Assembly (NCBI GenBank): GCA_963702095.1
Contig: OY969706.1
Location: 1,728,001 to 1,792,000 of the forward strand
Length of the DNA: 64,000 nt
Reading direction: 5' to 3'
From: Candidatus Bathyarchaeota archaeon
GTDB lineage: Archaea; Thermoproteota; Bathyarchaeia; Bathyarchaeales; Bathycorpusculaceae
The notes beneath the pieces are model-generated. The model made no database searches. It was not told the origin of the DNA and worked only from the letters and a program-made list of their open reading frames with translations. Positions 10,871-20,840 of the stretch are shown here, piece by piece (positions within the stretch are counted from its first letter, which is position 1; each line of letters opens with the position of its first letter). The position numbers were made by a program, and so were the translations under genes.

Positions 10871-11791
10871 ATGCACAACGGTGCCCTCTTGGATAAGACA
10901 GACATTATCCTCTGCCAACTTCTCCTAGGCAACTCAAGGATTTCCTACCGTGAACTGGGACAAAAACTGGACCTCTCCGTAACCGCAGTGCATAACCGCA
11001 TTCAAACCCTAATAGAATTAGGCATAATACGCAAGTTTAACACAAGCCTAAGTGTTTTCGCCCAAAACGCCATACACGTGTTGATGTTTGGGCTTTCAAA
11101 AGCCACCTCTGTCTTAGATGTGAAAAACCGCGTTGAGAATCAAGGGTCGATTTACTGGTTGGCAGCCGGCGGCGGAAACATACTATATTTAGGCGCGTAT
11201 TTGAGAAACATCGGGGATTTGGAATTGCTGGTTCGCTTTGTAAAAGAAAAAGCCGAGATCCCCGAGTTAACTGTGGGTTTAATGGGTTCACCTATGCCGC
11301 CCATTCTAAGAAACATTAACTTCAAAAAAATCGATACCAAACTCTGCGACTTAGACTACAAAATCATTCGAGCCCTAAAAGATAACTCACGTAAACCCAC
11401 CTCCGAGATAGCTGAGGAAATCGGTGTATCCACAAAAACCGTTAGACGCCGCCTCGGCATGATGGAGAAGAATTTTCTGGTTCAGTTCTCCATAGAATGG
11501 TACCCGGATGCCTCTAACGATTTACTGAGTGTATTCCACGTTAACATAAAAGACGACGCTAACCCCAATGTTGTAAACGCCATTTTGCAGCAACATTACC
11601 CCAACACATTATTCTACTGGAGCTTCAGCAATATACCGGACAGCTACATCTTTATGATTTGGACGCCGACCAGTAAAGAAGTCCGTGAAGTCCGAGAAGA
11701 CATTGAAAGGAACCCTGCCGTCAAATCAGTCGCCCCCAACGTCATATACACAGGCTACATTTTTTCAACTTGGCGCGACCAAACCCCCTAG
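10871..11791 (+). CDS. Lrp/AsnC-family transcriptional regulator with two HTH-RAM modules
   Basis: LDKTDIIL...NSRISYRELG and LDYKIIRALKDNSRKPTSEIAEEIGVSTKTVRRRL. Confidence 0.88.
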   Translation: MHNGALLDKTDIILCQLLLGNSRISYRELGQKLDLSVTAVHNRIQTLIELGIIRKFNTSLSVFAQNAIHVLMFGLSKATSVLDVKNRVENQGSIYWLAAGGGNILYLGAYLRNIGDLELLVRFVKEKAEIPELTVGLMGSPMPPILRNINFKKIDTKLCDLDYKIIRALKDNSRKPTSEIAEEIGVSTKTVRRRLGMMEKNFLVQFSIEWYPDASNDLLSVFHVNIKDDANPNVVNAILQQHYPNTLFYWSFSNIPDSYIFMIWTPTSKEVREVREDIERNPAVKSVAPNVIYTGYIFSTWRDQTP

Positions 11792-11810
11792 CTCTTAACG
11801 CCAGATGCAA

Positions 11811-12548
11811 CTATGGGGTTGAGTATTCTATTGCAATGTTGCCGTTGCCAGAGTTAAGCGACAAACTGAGGTTTCCCTCCCCACCCGAAGTAGCGCCCTT
11901 AAGACGGGTTGCCGAATCAGGGCTTGCATCCAAAGTGATTCCCTGATGGGTTATCTTGCCGTTTCCAACGCTGGCGGCAACTTGAAAGAGCGTACCTTGC
12001 GTTAAATCGATTTTGACGTTGCCATTCACTGACATGGCGTCGATTTCGGTGGCGCCGCCGTCTTTGAGGTCTATGTTGCCGTTGCTGGTGGTAGCCACTA
12101 CTTTGGTGTCGTTTAGTTGGGGTTTGATTATGTTGCCGTTTGCGGTGTTTAGGGTCAAGTTGTATGAGCTGGTATTGGGCAAATTGAGGATAAGGTCTGC
12201 CTTATAGTTGCTGGCTTGGTTAATCTGGAGATTGGCGCTGGTTGTTATGGTCGTTGTATTGTCGGTTTTGGTTTCGTTTGTGTATGTCTGTATGTCATTT
12301 AGGTACCCTTCCTGTGCTGTTACGTTGTAGATGACTTCGATTTGGCTGCCGGTTGTCGATTGGATCACTATGTCGCCGTTGAATGTTCCAGCTTGAATTA
12401 CAACGTTTGGCTTGGGCGTGTACTGTGTTTTGTCTTGTCTCTGCGCCAACGGAGCCGTAGCGTGGTATAAAACTGCATAGACACAGACTGACAGAATGGC
12501 GGCTATCACGATGACTGCAAATATGATGCTTCGGGTGGATCGCTTCAC
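11811..12548 (-). CDS. Membrane-anchored DUF4097-like beta-strand repeat protein
   Basis: N-terminal TM; repeated T.NG.I / S.NG.V motifs. Confidence 0.8.
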   Translation of the reverse strand: MKRSTRSIIFAVIVIAAILSVCVYAVLYHATAPLAQRQDKTQYTPKPNVVIQAGTFNGDIVIQSTTGSQIEVIYNVTAQEGYLNDIQTYTNETKTDNTTTITTSANLQINQASNYKADLILNLPNTSSYNLTLNTANGNIIKPQLNDTKVVATTSNGNIDLKDGGATEIDAMSVNGNVKIDLTQGTLFQVAASVGNGKITHQGITLDASPDSATRLKGATSGGEGNLSLSLNSGNGNIAIEYSTP

Positions 12549-12823
12549 TGTTTTTCTATCCAGGAGGTTCTGTTTAGGTCTCTGAACGACTCCGCGGTTT
12601 TAAACCTTCTCCCATAACCGCCCGCATATGTCCCGTTTATTAATCTGGTGTAGGTGAAAGGGGAACTTTTCGGTCTTCACAGTGCACTTTTGTTAACTGA
12701 ACCGTAAACATGAAACTAAATTCCCAAACGACCACTACCAGTTCAGGTACGTAACTATGTTTCGTGGTTACTTAAATCTAAAATCAACCCTAACTAAAAT
12801 CCAGCAAACAAGGAGAACCAAAC

Positions 12824-13570
12824 ATGAATGAATCAGCAATAACAATCAGCAACCTAACCAAAAAATATGAAGACAAAACAGCCCTTGAAAACCTAACCCT
12901 TGAAATCCAAAAAGGCGAACTCTTCGGATTACTTGGACCCAACGGCGCAGGCAAAACCACCGCAATCAGCGTCCTCTGCGGACTTATTAAACCAACCAGC
13001 GGCACAGCGAAAATCTGCGGCTACGACATAGAGAAAGACACCCGGAAAATCAAGGAATTACTCGGCGTCTGCATACAGGAAACCGCCATCTACCCCTATT
13101 TAAGCGGCAAAGAAAACCTTGAACTCTTTGGCAACCTCTACAACATGGACAAAAAAAGCATCCGTGAAAGAAGCAAACTCCTTCTAAACAAAGTCGGCTT
13201 AAGCGAAGATGCCAAACGGGTAACAGCCAAGTACAGCGGCGGCATGAAACGACGCCTAAGCCTTGCACTCGCCCTAATCCATGACCCTGAAATCGCTTTT
13301 CTCGATGAACCCACCGTTGCCATGGACCCGCAGTCTCGGCATGCAGTCTGGGACTTCATAAAAGAACAGAAAGCCAAAGGCAAAACCATCATCTTAACCA
13401 CCCACTACATGGAAGAAGCCGAAGAACTCTGCGACCGCGTGGGCATCATCGACCATGGCAAACTCATCGCCTTGGGTACCCCCAAAGAACTCGTCGCTAA
13501 AGGCAGCGTCAAAAACCTCGAAGACCTCTTCATACAGTTAACGGGCAGAGACATCCGGGGGGACGTGTAA
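12824..13570 (+). CDS. ABC-2 type exporter ATP-binding subunit
   Basis: GPNGAGKTT, YSGGMKRRL, FLDEPT and LTTHYMEEA. Confidence 0.95.
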   Translation: MNESAITISNLTKKYEDKTALENLTLEIQKGELFGLLGPNGAGKTTAISVLCGLIKPTSGTAKICGYDIEKDTRKIKELLGVCIQETAIYPYLSGKENLELFGNLYNMDKKSIRERSKLLLNKVGLSEDAKRVTAKYSGGMKRRLSLALALIHDPEIAFLDEPTVAMDPQSRHAVWDFIKEQKAKGKTIILTTHYMEEAEELCDRVGIIDHGKLIALGTPKELVAKGSVKNLEDLFIQLTGRDIRGDV

Positions 13571-14725
13571 ATGAAGGTTCAACGTGTCTTAGCCATGAGT
13601 AAGAAGGAACTCAAAAAAACCATCCGTGAACCCGCTGTCCTATTCATGATCTTTCTGTTCCCAGTCATCTTCGTCTTCGCTTTCGGCGCATCGTTTGGCG
13701 GCTTCGGAGGGAGCACATCTACAACTTACCAAGTGGGTGTGGTGAATTTTGACCCCAGCGGCCACCAGTCGCAGGTGTTCATCAATGACTTGTTAGCTAC
13801 AAAAATCGTTAACGTCAACGTTTACAGCGACAACACAACGGCTCAGACGGATTTGAGCCAAGGAAAAATGCAGGCTTTAATCCTAATTCCCAGCAGCTTC
13901 ACAAGCAGCATCGACACCTACAACGTTGCCCCCAAAGATGGCAGCCAATGGACCAACACCACTGTCTCGCTGTATCTCGATAAGGGCTCTCTGGTGGCTA
14001 CACAGGCGATTCCACCCATCATCGGGCAAGTAATGAGCGCCATGGTCAACCAGAACCAGCCCTCTCCACAAAGCCCCATCCAACTCCAAACCGCGTCGCT
14101 AATCGAAGTCAAACAAACCTCCGCATTGGACTTCATTGCGCCAGGCATGTTCACGTTCGCCTCAATATTCCTCATCATGATGGTCGCCCAATCCTTCACA
14201 CAAGACCGCGAGAACGGCATGATGAAACGCATACGCATCTCCCCCATCACATCCACCGAATTCATGGGTAGCCTAGTCCTCTCCTACATGGTCATCGCAC
14301 TAATACAGGCAGCAATCCTGTTCGGCATCACCTATGCCTTGGGCTTCCGACCCACAGTTGACACCGCGGTATACGCATTCACCTTCGTTATGGTGCTGAT
14401 ATTTAGCGTCTCAAACATCGGGTTTGGCTTAATCACCGCCACCATCGCAAAATCCTCCAGCGCAGCCACAGGACTAAGCTTCCTCTTTGTGCTACCCCAG
14501 CTGTTCCTTGGCACGTTTGTGAGTGCATCGCTCTCAGGCGGAGCCCAAGTCGCAAGCAACATCGTCCCCAGCCACTACGTCACCGACGCGTTGACATCCC
14601 TGTTCCTCCGAGGTGCAAGCATCGCCAGTCCCAGTGTGCTCCTTGACTTCACAGTCGTCACTGCTTCATGCATAGGCATCCTCGCAGTTGGCATAGTGCT
14701 CTACTCAAAATATTACAAAATCTAA
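13571..14725 (+). CDS. ABC-2 type exporter permease
   Basis: TM1, large extracellular loop and five further TMs; FIAPG and DRENG motifs; abuts the ATPase gene. Confidence 0.92.
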   Translation: MKVQRVLAMSKKELKKTIREPAVLFMIFLFPVIFVFAFGASFGGFGGSTSTTYQVGVVNFDPSGHQSQVFINDLLATKIVNVNVYSDNTTAQTDLSQGKMQALILIPSSFTSSIDTYNVAPKDGSQWTNTTVSLYLDKGSLVATQAIPPIIGQVMSAMVNQNQPSPQSPIQLQTASLIEVKQTSALDFIAPGMFTFASIFLIMMVAQSFTQDRENGMMKRIRISPITSTEFMGSLVLSYMVIALIQAAILFGITYALGFRPTVDTAVYAFTFVMVLIFSVSNIGFGLITATIAKSSSAATGLSFLFVLPQLFLGTFVSASLSGGAQVASNIVPSHYVTDALTSLFLRGASIASPSVLLDFTVVTASCIGILAVGIVLYSKYYKI

Positions 14726-14849
14726 AACACCCTCTTCTTTTTTGTTACTCTGTTGACGACAAAACTGCTTTTCAGAAGTGAGCAGTGGTTTTCATCCTGT
14801 TTTTGGGTACCTTTAAAGCCTCCTTCTTAACCTTTAGTATTGACTGTTT

Positions 14850-15527
14850 ATGGAGAGGCTTAAACGATACAAGATGGCCATTGTTGCTCTTCTTATTCTC
14901 TTAGCTTTAATGGCAATTTTTTTAGTAGCCCTCAACTACCTTGAGAACCCGCCCAAAGCACCCCAAAACCTCTACCCCGGCGAAGTCCAAAACTACGAAG
15001 GAGAAAACCTCGCTTCCATAGGCGATGTCTATGAAAACGCCGTAAAAGGCACCCAGTACCTCAACAACTCCGACTACCGCCTAACCATCACTGGGTTAGT
15101 TAACCAGAACCTTTCCTTAACCTATGACGAGGTAGTCAATGGCTCGCAGAGTTACCAAAAAGTAGTCAACCTCTACTGCGTAGAAGGCTGGAACGCGACA
15201 ATTCTCTGGGAAGGAGTTCTCGTCGATGACCTGCTTAACGAGGCAGGTGTGAACCCCAGCGCGGTAGCTGTCATCTTTTATGCTTCCGACGGCTACTCTA
15301 CCTCGCTGCCGCTGGACTACATCAGAAACAACCACATACTCCTAGCTTACAAAATGAACGGACTTACGATTCCCCCTGAACGGGGCTACCCCTTCCAGTT
15401 GGTCGCGGAAAGCCAATACGGCTACAAATGGATAAAATGGGTAACCCACATCGAAGTAACCGCTAATCCTGACTACCGGGGTTACTGGGAAAGCCGCGGC
15501 TACCCCAACAACGCCACCCTCCGCTAG
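14850..15527 (+). CDS. Molybdopterin-dependent oxidoreductase (sulfite oxidase/MsrP-like Moco domain) with N-terminal anchor
   Basis: LYCVEGW, DGYSTSLPL, GYPFQLV, YGYKWIKWV and GYWESRGY. Confidence 0.9.
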   Translation: MERLKRYKMAIVALLILLALMAIFLVALNYLENPPKAPQNLYPGEVQNYEGENLASIGDVYENAVKGTQYLNNSDYRLTITGLVNQNLSLTYDEVVNGSQSYQKVVNLYCVEGWNATILWEGVLVDDLLNEAGVNPSAVAVIFYASDGYSTSLPLDYIRNNHILLAYKMNGLTIPPERGYPFQLVAESQYGYKWIKWVTHIEVTANPDYRGYWESRGYPNNATLR

Positions 15528-15931
15528 CAGGGGGATCCAAGAACTTTTTCCTAACGCCTGATTGCAAAAGGTACCCGACAACTATTGCACTGTAAATTAT
15601 CTCTGCTGGCGCTGCAGACTTTGGGATACCTGGTACGCTGGTTAACTCTAGAAGTGTCAGCGAATCAGTGGCGATAACGAAAAAAGATACAGCCACGGTG
15701 CCAACCCAACCTGTCCTCTTACCCTGCCAAAGATAAACTGCAAACACCAAAGTTAACACCCCATAAGCCACAGTGTAAACATCGTAGATAGCGGTTGTGG
15801 GAAGAAACGCAAAGTTCTCGTATGCAAGCAATAGGGCTCCGAAAAAGGCGTGGATTACGCCGATCAGCAACTAAGATGGCTACGTCGATGCTTCTGTCCC
15901 GAATCGTTGCTGGCGGTCCTTTAACGCTCAC
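15463..15931 (-). CDS. Four-TM membrane protein, apparently frameshifted near 15870
   Basis: 15719..15931 begins ...IDVAILV and 15463..15870 continues LLIGVIHAFF in another frame; the 3' end is uncertain (overlaps the opposing gene). Confidence 0.55.
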
Positions 15932-16022
15932 TTACACCACGCTCTTAGCTATTGTAGCCGAAAGCAAAATAGCTTCGCAAATACGACCAAGCGAATCATA
16001 TCAAGCATTTGCCAGTGTCAGC

Positions 16023-16403
16023 TTAGACTTTCCGGTTGCCCTTTTTAGAGGCTGGTTTCATCTCGATTATTTTAGATAAAATGTCGATGAAAAGTTCAAT
16101 ACGGTCTCTTGTCCGCCCCAAATCCGCCATAGCCGTGATGGTTGTTACAGGCGTTTCCCCTTTTATCATCATGCGGCTGGTTTTTGGGTCCTCTACTTTA
16201 ACCTCGACAAGGAGCGTGGAGCCGTAAGATAGGAAGCCTCCTTTGGTTTTGATTTTTAGCGTGTGTGCCTCTTCATTTTTCTCCTCGATTTTCCACTTTA
16301 GAGCCTCAGTTGCTGTGGGGATGGCTGCCCAAACCTTTTCTATGGGATAGTCGATTTCGAATTTTTCGTTTTCTTCACGCAGGTAAGCCATGGTCGTCAC
16401 CAT
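16023..16403 (-). CDS. Hypothetical alpha/beta protein
   Basis: Clean 126-aa ORF with globular composition. Confidence 0.75.
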   Translation of the reverse strand: MVTTMAYLREENEKFEIDYPIEKVWAAIPTATEALKWKIEEKNEEAHTLKIKTKGGFLSYGSTLLVEVKVEDPKTSRMMIKGETPVTTITAMADLGRTRDRIELFIDILSKIIEMKPASKKGNRKV

Positions 16404-16491
16404 TACTGTTTAGTGTACATGCAGTGCCCCTAATTAAATATCAAAATTGCGTTTAGAACAAAGTTGGGTCGATTTGTTTTGCAGGGTTTTT

Positions 16492-16676
16492 GTTTTTTCT
16501 CTTTATGTGGGTGTGGCGTTTTATGGGATGCCACAAGACTGCAAGTGTGGGCGGCTGCTTTTTTGGGTTGCAACGTTTTTCTATGCCTGTTTCGGTGTGG
16601 GATACTTGTTTTTCTTCACATGTGTTGCATGGTTCCATATAAAGCCGCAACGGTGTGGATGTGAATGCATGTATCG
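16492..16676 (-). repeat. Dispersed ~180-bp intergenic repeat, copy 2 (inverted)
   Basis: Reverse complement CGATACATGC...CAGTCTTGTGGCATCCCATAAAACGCCACACCCACATAAAGAGA matches copy 1. Confidence 0.9.
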
Positions 16677-16874
16677 TTTGTTTTTTAGGCGTAAGTCAGC
16701 GAACAGCAATGGGCAGTAGCATACCGGCAATAACCGCACAAAAAAAACCCGCCACCCACTTCCATGCTTGCCTATCCCCACTTTTGCCACTGTTTTCTTA
16801 ACCGCTAAAGTTAAAGCCAACCCAACAAATAACATAGAACGCACCCAAGCCGAAAAATAGAAAATTGGCGTAGT

Positions 16875-16952
16875 GGGGCCCTCGGCTAGCTTGGTTCAGG
16901 CTTGTAGCCTCGGGCGCTATAGACCCCGGTTCAAATCCGGGGGGCCCCACCA
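16875..16952 (+). tRNA. tRNA-Pro (CGG), intronless, CCA encoded
   Basis: Acceptor stem GGGGCCC/GGGCCCC, D stem GGCT/GGCT, anticodon arm GTAGC-CTCGGGC-GCTAT, T arm CCCGG-TTCAAAT-CCGGG, ends ACCA. Confidence 0.95.
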
Positions 16953-17038
16953 TTTGGTTCTTGATTTCCTGCGAAACATGCTCTGACGACGGTTTTCGTC
17001 AAAAAAACCTAAATCTAAAGATTACTAAGACTTCCCTT

Positions 17039-17779
17039 ATGAGCGCAGGCATCGAAGCTCTCTCTAAAATCTTAAAGGACCAAACCAGAAGACAAGCCAT
17101 TACTCTGCTCAAAGAACACGGAGGCTTAACATACACTGACATGATGGATGCCCTCAACATAGTCAGCACGGGAACACTGAATTATCACCTAAAAGTGTTA
17201 GGCGATTTACTAACAAAAAATGACAGCGGACGGTACATGCTCTCAGAGAAGGGGGAGCTTGCCTTCAGAATGATGCAGTTGTTTCCGGCTGAAAACGATG
17301 TCCAACTTAGAAAAAGAAGGCAAAAGCAGTTCTGGGCCGCTGCGGCAGTCAGTCAAGTCATCTATTTTGTCAGCGTCTTAGCTCTCTACACACGGGGATA
17401 TTTCGATGTTGGCAATTTGGTTATGTATACTGTGTGGTTTTTCGGCGGTCTGGTTTTAGCTTATTTAGGTTTCCGAATGCAGGATAAGCCGCTTGTACTT
17501 GGCTCGGAAGAAGAGAGAAGGCGATTTAGGATTGTTTATCCCATGGCTGGTGCCACAGCGGGTTTAATAGTGGGTTTCCTTGGACCGGTCGTCGTAAGCG
17601 TCATTTCGTTCAGTACAGGTGGACCCAACCTTATAGCAAATGCAGATACTGAAGACGCCCTTTTAATCATTACAGTGGCAGTGGCTTTGGGAGTTGTTTT
17701 AGGGTATTGGCTGGGTAAAAGAAAAGATTTTCGAAAGCCAAAATGGATGATAAAGAGCGATGAGAAATTTGGGTTTTAG
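17039..17779 (+). CDS. ArsR-like winged-helix protein fused to four TM helices
   Basis: LKDQTRRQAITLL...STGTLNYHLKVL...GRYMLSEKG followed by hydrophobic helices. Confidence 0.85.
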   Translation: MSAGIEALSKILKDQTRRQAITLLKEHGGLTYTDMMDALNIVSTGTLNYHLKVLGDLLTKNDSGRYMLSEKGELAFRMMQLFPAENDVQLRKRRQKQFWAAAAVSQVIYFVSVLALYTRGYFDVGNLVMYTVWFFGGLVLAYLGFRMQDKPLVLGSEEERRRFRIVYPMAGATAGLIVGFLGPVVVSVISFSTGGPNLIANADTEDALLIITVAVALGVVLGYWLGKRKDFRKPKWMIKSDEKFGF

Positions 17780-17908
17780 GTCGTGCTCCTCACAAAGTCT
17801 CTGATGAGTCAATTTAACGTGTTTTCTTTGAAAAAGCCTTTGCATTTTTATTCTGTTCACATTTGGAGAGCACCTGCATGAATTAGACGTTTTTTTGTGA
17901 CCTGACCC

Positions 17909-17941
17909 ATAGACCCCGGTTCAAATCCGGGAAGCCCGCCA
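17909..17941 (+). repeat. Degenerate copy of the tRNA-Pro 3' end (att-like site 1)
   Basis: 23-nt identity ATAGACCCCGGTTCAAATCCGGG with 16919..16941, followed by AAGCCCGCCA. Confidence 0.9.
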
Positions 17942-18011
17942 TGCATTTTCTAGTTTTTTTAAGCGGCAACCCTTAAGTATTCATTTGCTTCATTTTAATA
18001 TAGTGAAGATA

Positions 18012-18830
18012 TTGCCCACAACCTTAACAACCAGAGTCGAAGATGATCTCGCCAAACTCATCGACAAGGTTTCCGAAGAGGAAGGAATGGACAGGTCAAC
18101 CGTTATACGAAGGTTTCTTATGAAAGCAGCCAAGGACTGGCTGATCGAAAAGAGCTTGGATGAATACGAAGAAGGCAGAATAACGCTGTGGCAGGCAGCT
18201 AGAAAATGTGGCTTGTCGGTTTGGGAAATGATGGATGAGGCAAAAAGAAGAGAAGTGCATGTTCCTTATACTCTGGCTGAACTTAGGGAAGATTTGAAAG
18301 GCTTACAGAACGGCCGCCTAGTGCCAAGTGTCGTCTCAAACTCAACGCCTCTTATTTATTTAGCTAAAATAGGCAAACTTGATCTTCTAAGAGTACTTTT
18401 CGGAGAAATCCTTATCCCAAAAGAAGTATGGATTGAGGTAGTGGAAAAGGGGAAATCGCTTGGACGAAAAGACGCTTATGCCGTGGAAAACGCGGTAGCG
18501 CAAGGCTGGATAAAAGTTGCAGACGCTGACCCCATTGAGATGCCGATAGAGTTAGATAAGGGCGAAGAAGAGGCACTCTCCCTTGCAAAGCAGTTGAGTT
18601 TGGAGACGGTACTAATCGATGAGGTGTCGGCTCGTTCTGCCGCACGATTGCTGGGTTTAACGCCTCGGGGAACTGTTTTCGTTTTGCTTATGGCTCTTAA
18701 GGAGAGAAAAATCGTGTTTGATGAGTTTCTGCAAGCGCTTGATCGGTTGATAGATGAAGGCTTTAGGCTCAAAGAAGAAGTGTACGTTCAAGCAATCAGA
18801 GAAGCAACAAAATTAACGAAGGAAAAATAG
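18012..18830 (+). CDS. UPF0175-type antitoxin (RHH/HTH) in frame with a DUF3368/PIN-type (VapC-like) toxin
   Basis: N-half TTRVEDDL...DRSTVIRRFL...ITLWQAARKCGLS...ELREDL; C-half from GTG 18321 VVSNSTPLIYL...LDKGEEEAL...LIDE..AR; no stop between them. Confidence 0.88.
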   Translation: MPTTLTTRVEDDLAKLIDKVSEEEGMDRSTVIRRFLMKAAKDWLIEKSLDEYEEGRITLWQAARKCGLSVWEMMDEAKRREVHVPYTLAELREDLKGLQNGRLVPSVVSNSTPLIYLAKIGKLDLLRVLFGEILIPKEVWIEVVEKGKSLGRKDAYAVENAVAQGWIKVADADPIEMPIELDKGEEEALSLAKQLSLETVLIDEVSARSAARLLGLTPRGTVFVLLMALKERKIVFDEFLQALDRLIDEGFRLKEEVYVQAIREATKLTKEK

Positions 18831-18929
18831 CCTAACCTTTCCTTAGCGCTTAATTTTTTCTTACCTCTTTCCAACTGCTTAGACAAATGTAGATCCGAAA
18901 ATTTACGCATTTCTATCAATTGATGATGT

Positions 18930-18988
18930 CTTGATTAGGCTTGTAGCCTGTCGCCATGGCACTGATTCAAATCCGGGAAGCCCCACCA
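18930..18988 (+). repeat. Degenerate copy of the tRNA-Pro 3' two-thirds (att-like site 2)
   Basis: AGGCTTGTAGCCT (18937..18949) equals tRNA 16898..16910; TTCAAATCCGGGAAGCCCCACCA (18966..18988) matches the tRNA 3' end with GG>AA. Confidence 0.85.
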
Positions 18989-19244
18989 ATTGCCTTGGCA
19001 TTAGCTTTAAGGTTTAAGCGTTTTTTTAGAATACATCGTATAGGCTACGGAGTGGTAAGTGTTGTTTCTTTCGGTAGCCAAGCTCAGTTCAAAGCAGAGT
19101 TTGTGAAAAGCAGAAGCGTTCCTTTAGAATACAGGCGGTAAGCAACATTAAGTAATAGCGTGCCGTTTATAGTAGATATAGACGAAAGTTTCCTTGCCAT
19201 AGCGTAAAGGCGGGCAGCATCTATTTCCGATTAAGGGGATTAAC

Positions 19245-19727
19245 TTGAAAACAGACGACATTTTACTTGAACTCAACAGAGCAGCCGCCGATTATATGCG
19301 GCATATTCCTCCATTCAAGTATAGGAACAAATCGTACCATTTACTTGACAATTACGTCGCAACACCCCCAATGAAGTGCGATTTATGCGGTAACTATCCA
19401 GAATTAGAGATTTCAATCATCGAAAGCCATAATGGCCATACCCTACACTTAGGGAACGCTTGCATTGATCGTTTGACGGGACAGAACGTTTCAGAATGGA
19501 TGAGCAATTTTAGGAAAAAACGAGAAAACATTATGGCAAACAGAAAATGCATCGAGCGATTAACAACAATTTTAGAGGCGAGCACCAGAAATTCTCAAAT
19601 GCAAATAACTAAGGAAGATTCTAAAAGAATCCAATTACTCCTTGAACAGATGACTAAAGGTGAAAATCTCACGGTGAACCAGCAGGAAACAGCAGACGCC
19701 TATTTGACCCTAACAGTCACGGCATAG
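19245..19727 (+). CDS. Hypothetical protein with possible zinc-binding motif
   Basis: CDLC...HLGNAC; TTG start behind AAGGGG. Confidence 0.7.
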   Translation: MKTDDILLELNRAAADYMRHIPPFKYRNKSYHLLDNYVATPPMKCDLCGNYPELEISIIESHNGHTLHLGNACIDRLTGQNVSEWMSNFRKKRENIMANRKCIERLTTILEASTRNSQMQITKEDSKRIQLLLEQMTKGENLTVNQQETADAYLTLTVTA

Positions 19728-19746
19728 AGCGCTTGGAATTTAAGGT

Positions 19747-20711
19747 TTAAATGTTGACGTGAAATGCCCAATGTATGTATGAGGTTATGTCTCTTGAAAG
19801 CACCAGAGAAGGTTCAACGTAGCAGTGCAGGCTGCATTTTTGGCAGTTTTCTATTTTTTTCCAGTCAAACCCCGAAAGTGCACTTTTAATTTCGCTCTCA
19901 AAAACAGATAAGCTACTCGCATAGTCATTGTGGACATAACAAGGCAAAACCAGGTTTCCATGGGGGTCAATGTTTATCATAGTCCAGGGTTTGCATTGCC
20001 AGTTTTTCTCTTTAGCATCACTTTGAGGTAACCACTCAAGTTGGCAAGGGGGTAACCGCGCCGTTTCATTTCAACGAGACGATGCGCGACTTTCGGTATT
20101 TTACCGTTAACATCAGAGGAGGTGCTTGCATTACAGGATTCATGGGCTACCGCGACGGATATTTTTGTTCCCAACTCTTTAGCCAACTCAACTAAGCTTT
20201 CGATTTCGTCAACGTTTTCAGCCATCACCGTTGTGTTAATTGTTACAGGAACTCTTTTTTTCGCCGCACATATGCACTCTACTGCTTTCCTAAAGCTTCC
20301 CCCGACCCCCCGAATGTAATCATGTGTTTTTTCTAACCCATCCAACGAAACGTAAACCACACCATTAATGTAGGGAGCTATCTCGTCTATTCTGGATTTA
20401 AGCAGAGTACCATTTGTTATTAGGCTGGTATGCAGGGGCAGAGAACGGGAAAAAGCAAGAATATCTGCTAAGTCTTTTCTGAGTAGCGGTTCACCCCCTT
20501 CAAAGGCGACTCCGCAAGCCCCAGAATTGTAGATCTGCTTTAGAATTGCTTTTTCCTGCTCTAAACTGGAATCGGGGCTGGGGCGCTTCCAAAAGGGACA
20601 CATTTTACATTTTAAATTACAGTTGTAAGTTAATTTATGCCCACAGAAAAATGGGGCTCTAACCCCGCAAAAGTTCGAGATTAATGCACAGTAAATTCTT
20701 AACCCTAACAA
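19747..20711 (-). CDS. Radical SAM/SPASM-type protein (PTO1314-like), single frameshift near 20015
   Basis: CNLKCKMC and GGEPLL; adding one base gives ...KVMAKEKNWQCKPWTMINIDPHG...PCY...CQKCSLHC joining 19747..19980. Confidence 0.85.
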
Positions 20712-20840
20712 AACAGGCGATATGTACTGGCGAAAAGTTTTTCTTTATGGATTTCAGGCATGTAACAATGTTTTTCCTTGAATGATTACTATAAAACACT
20801 TCATGGGAAATCTTGGAATTTCGGCCTTTTTTAGGCTTTT

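Noticed and set aside
17801-17835. CTGATGAG as a hammerhead ribozyme core
   Set aside because: No stem II closing onto a CGAAA and no flanking stems found
18920-18965. C/D box sRNA (TTGATGA...CTGA)
   Set aside because: No properly spaced D'/C' boxes; the segment is better explained as a decayed tRNA copy
18930-18988. Second functional tRNA or split-tRNA half
   Set aside because: Anticodon and T stems are disrupted, the 5' acceptor strand is absent, and no complementary leader or BHB motif is seen
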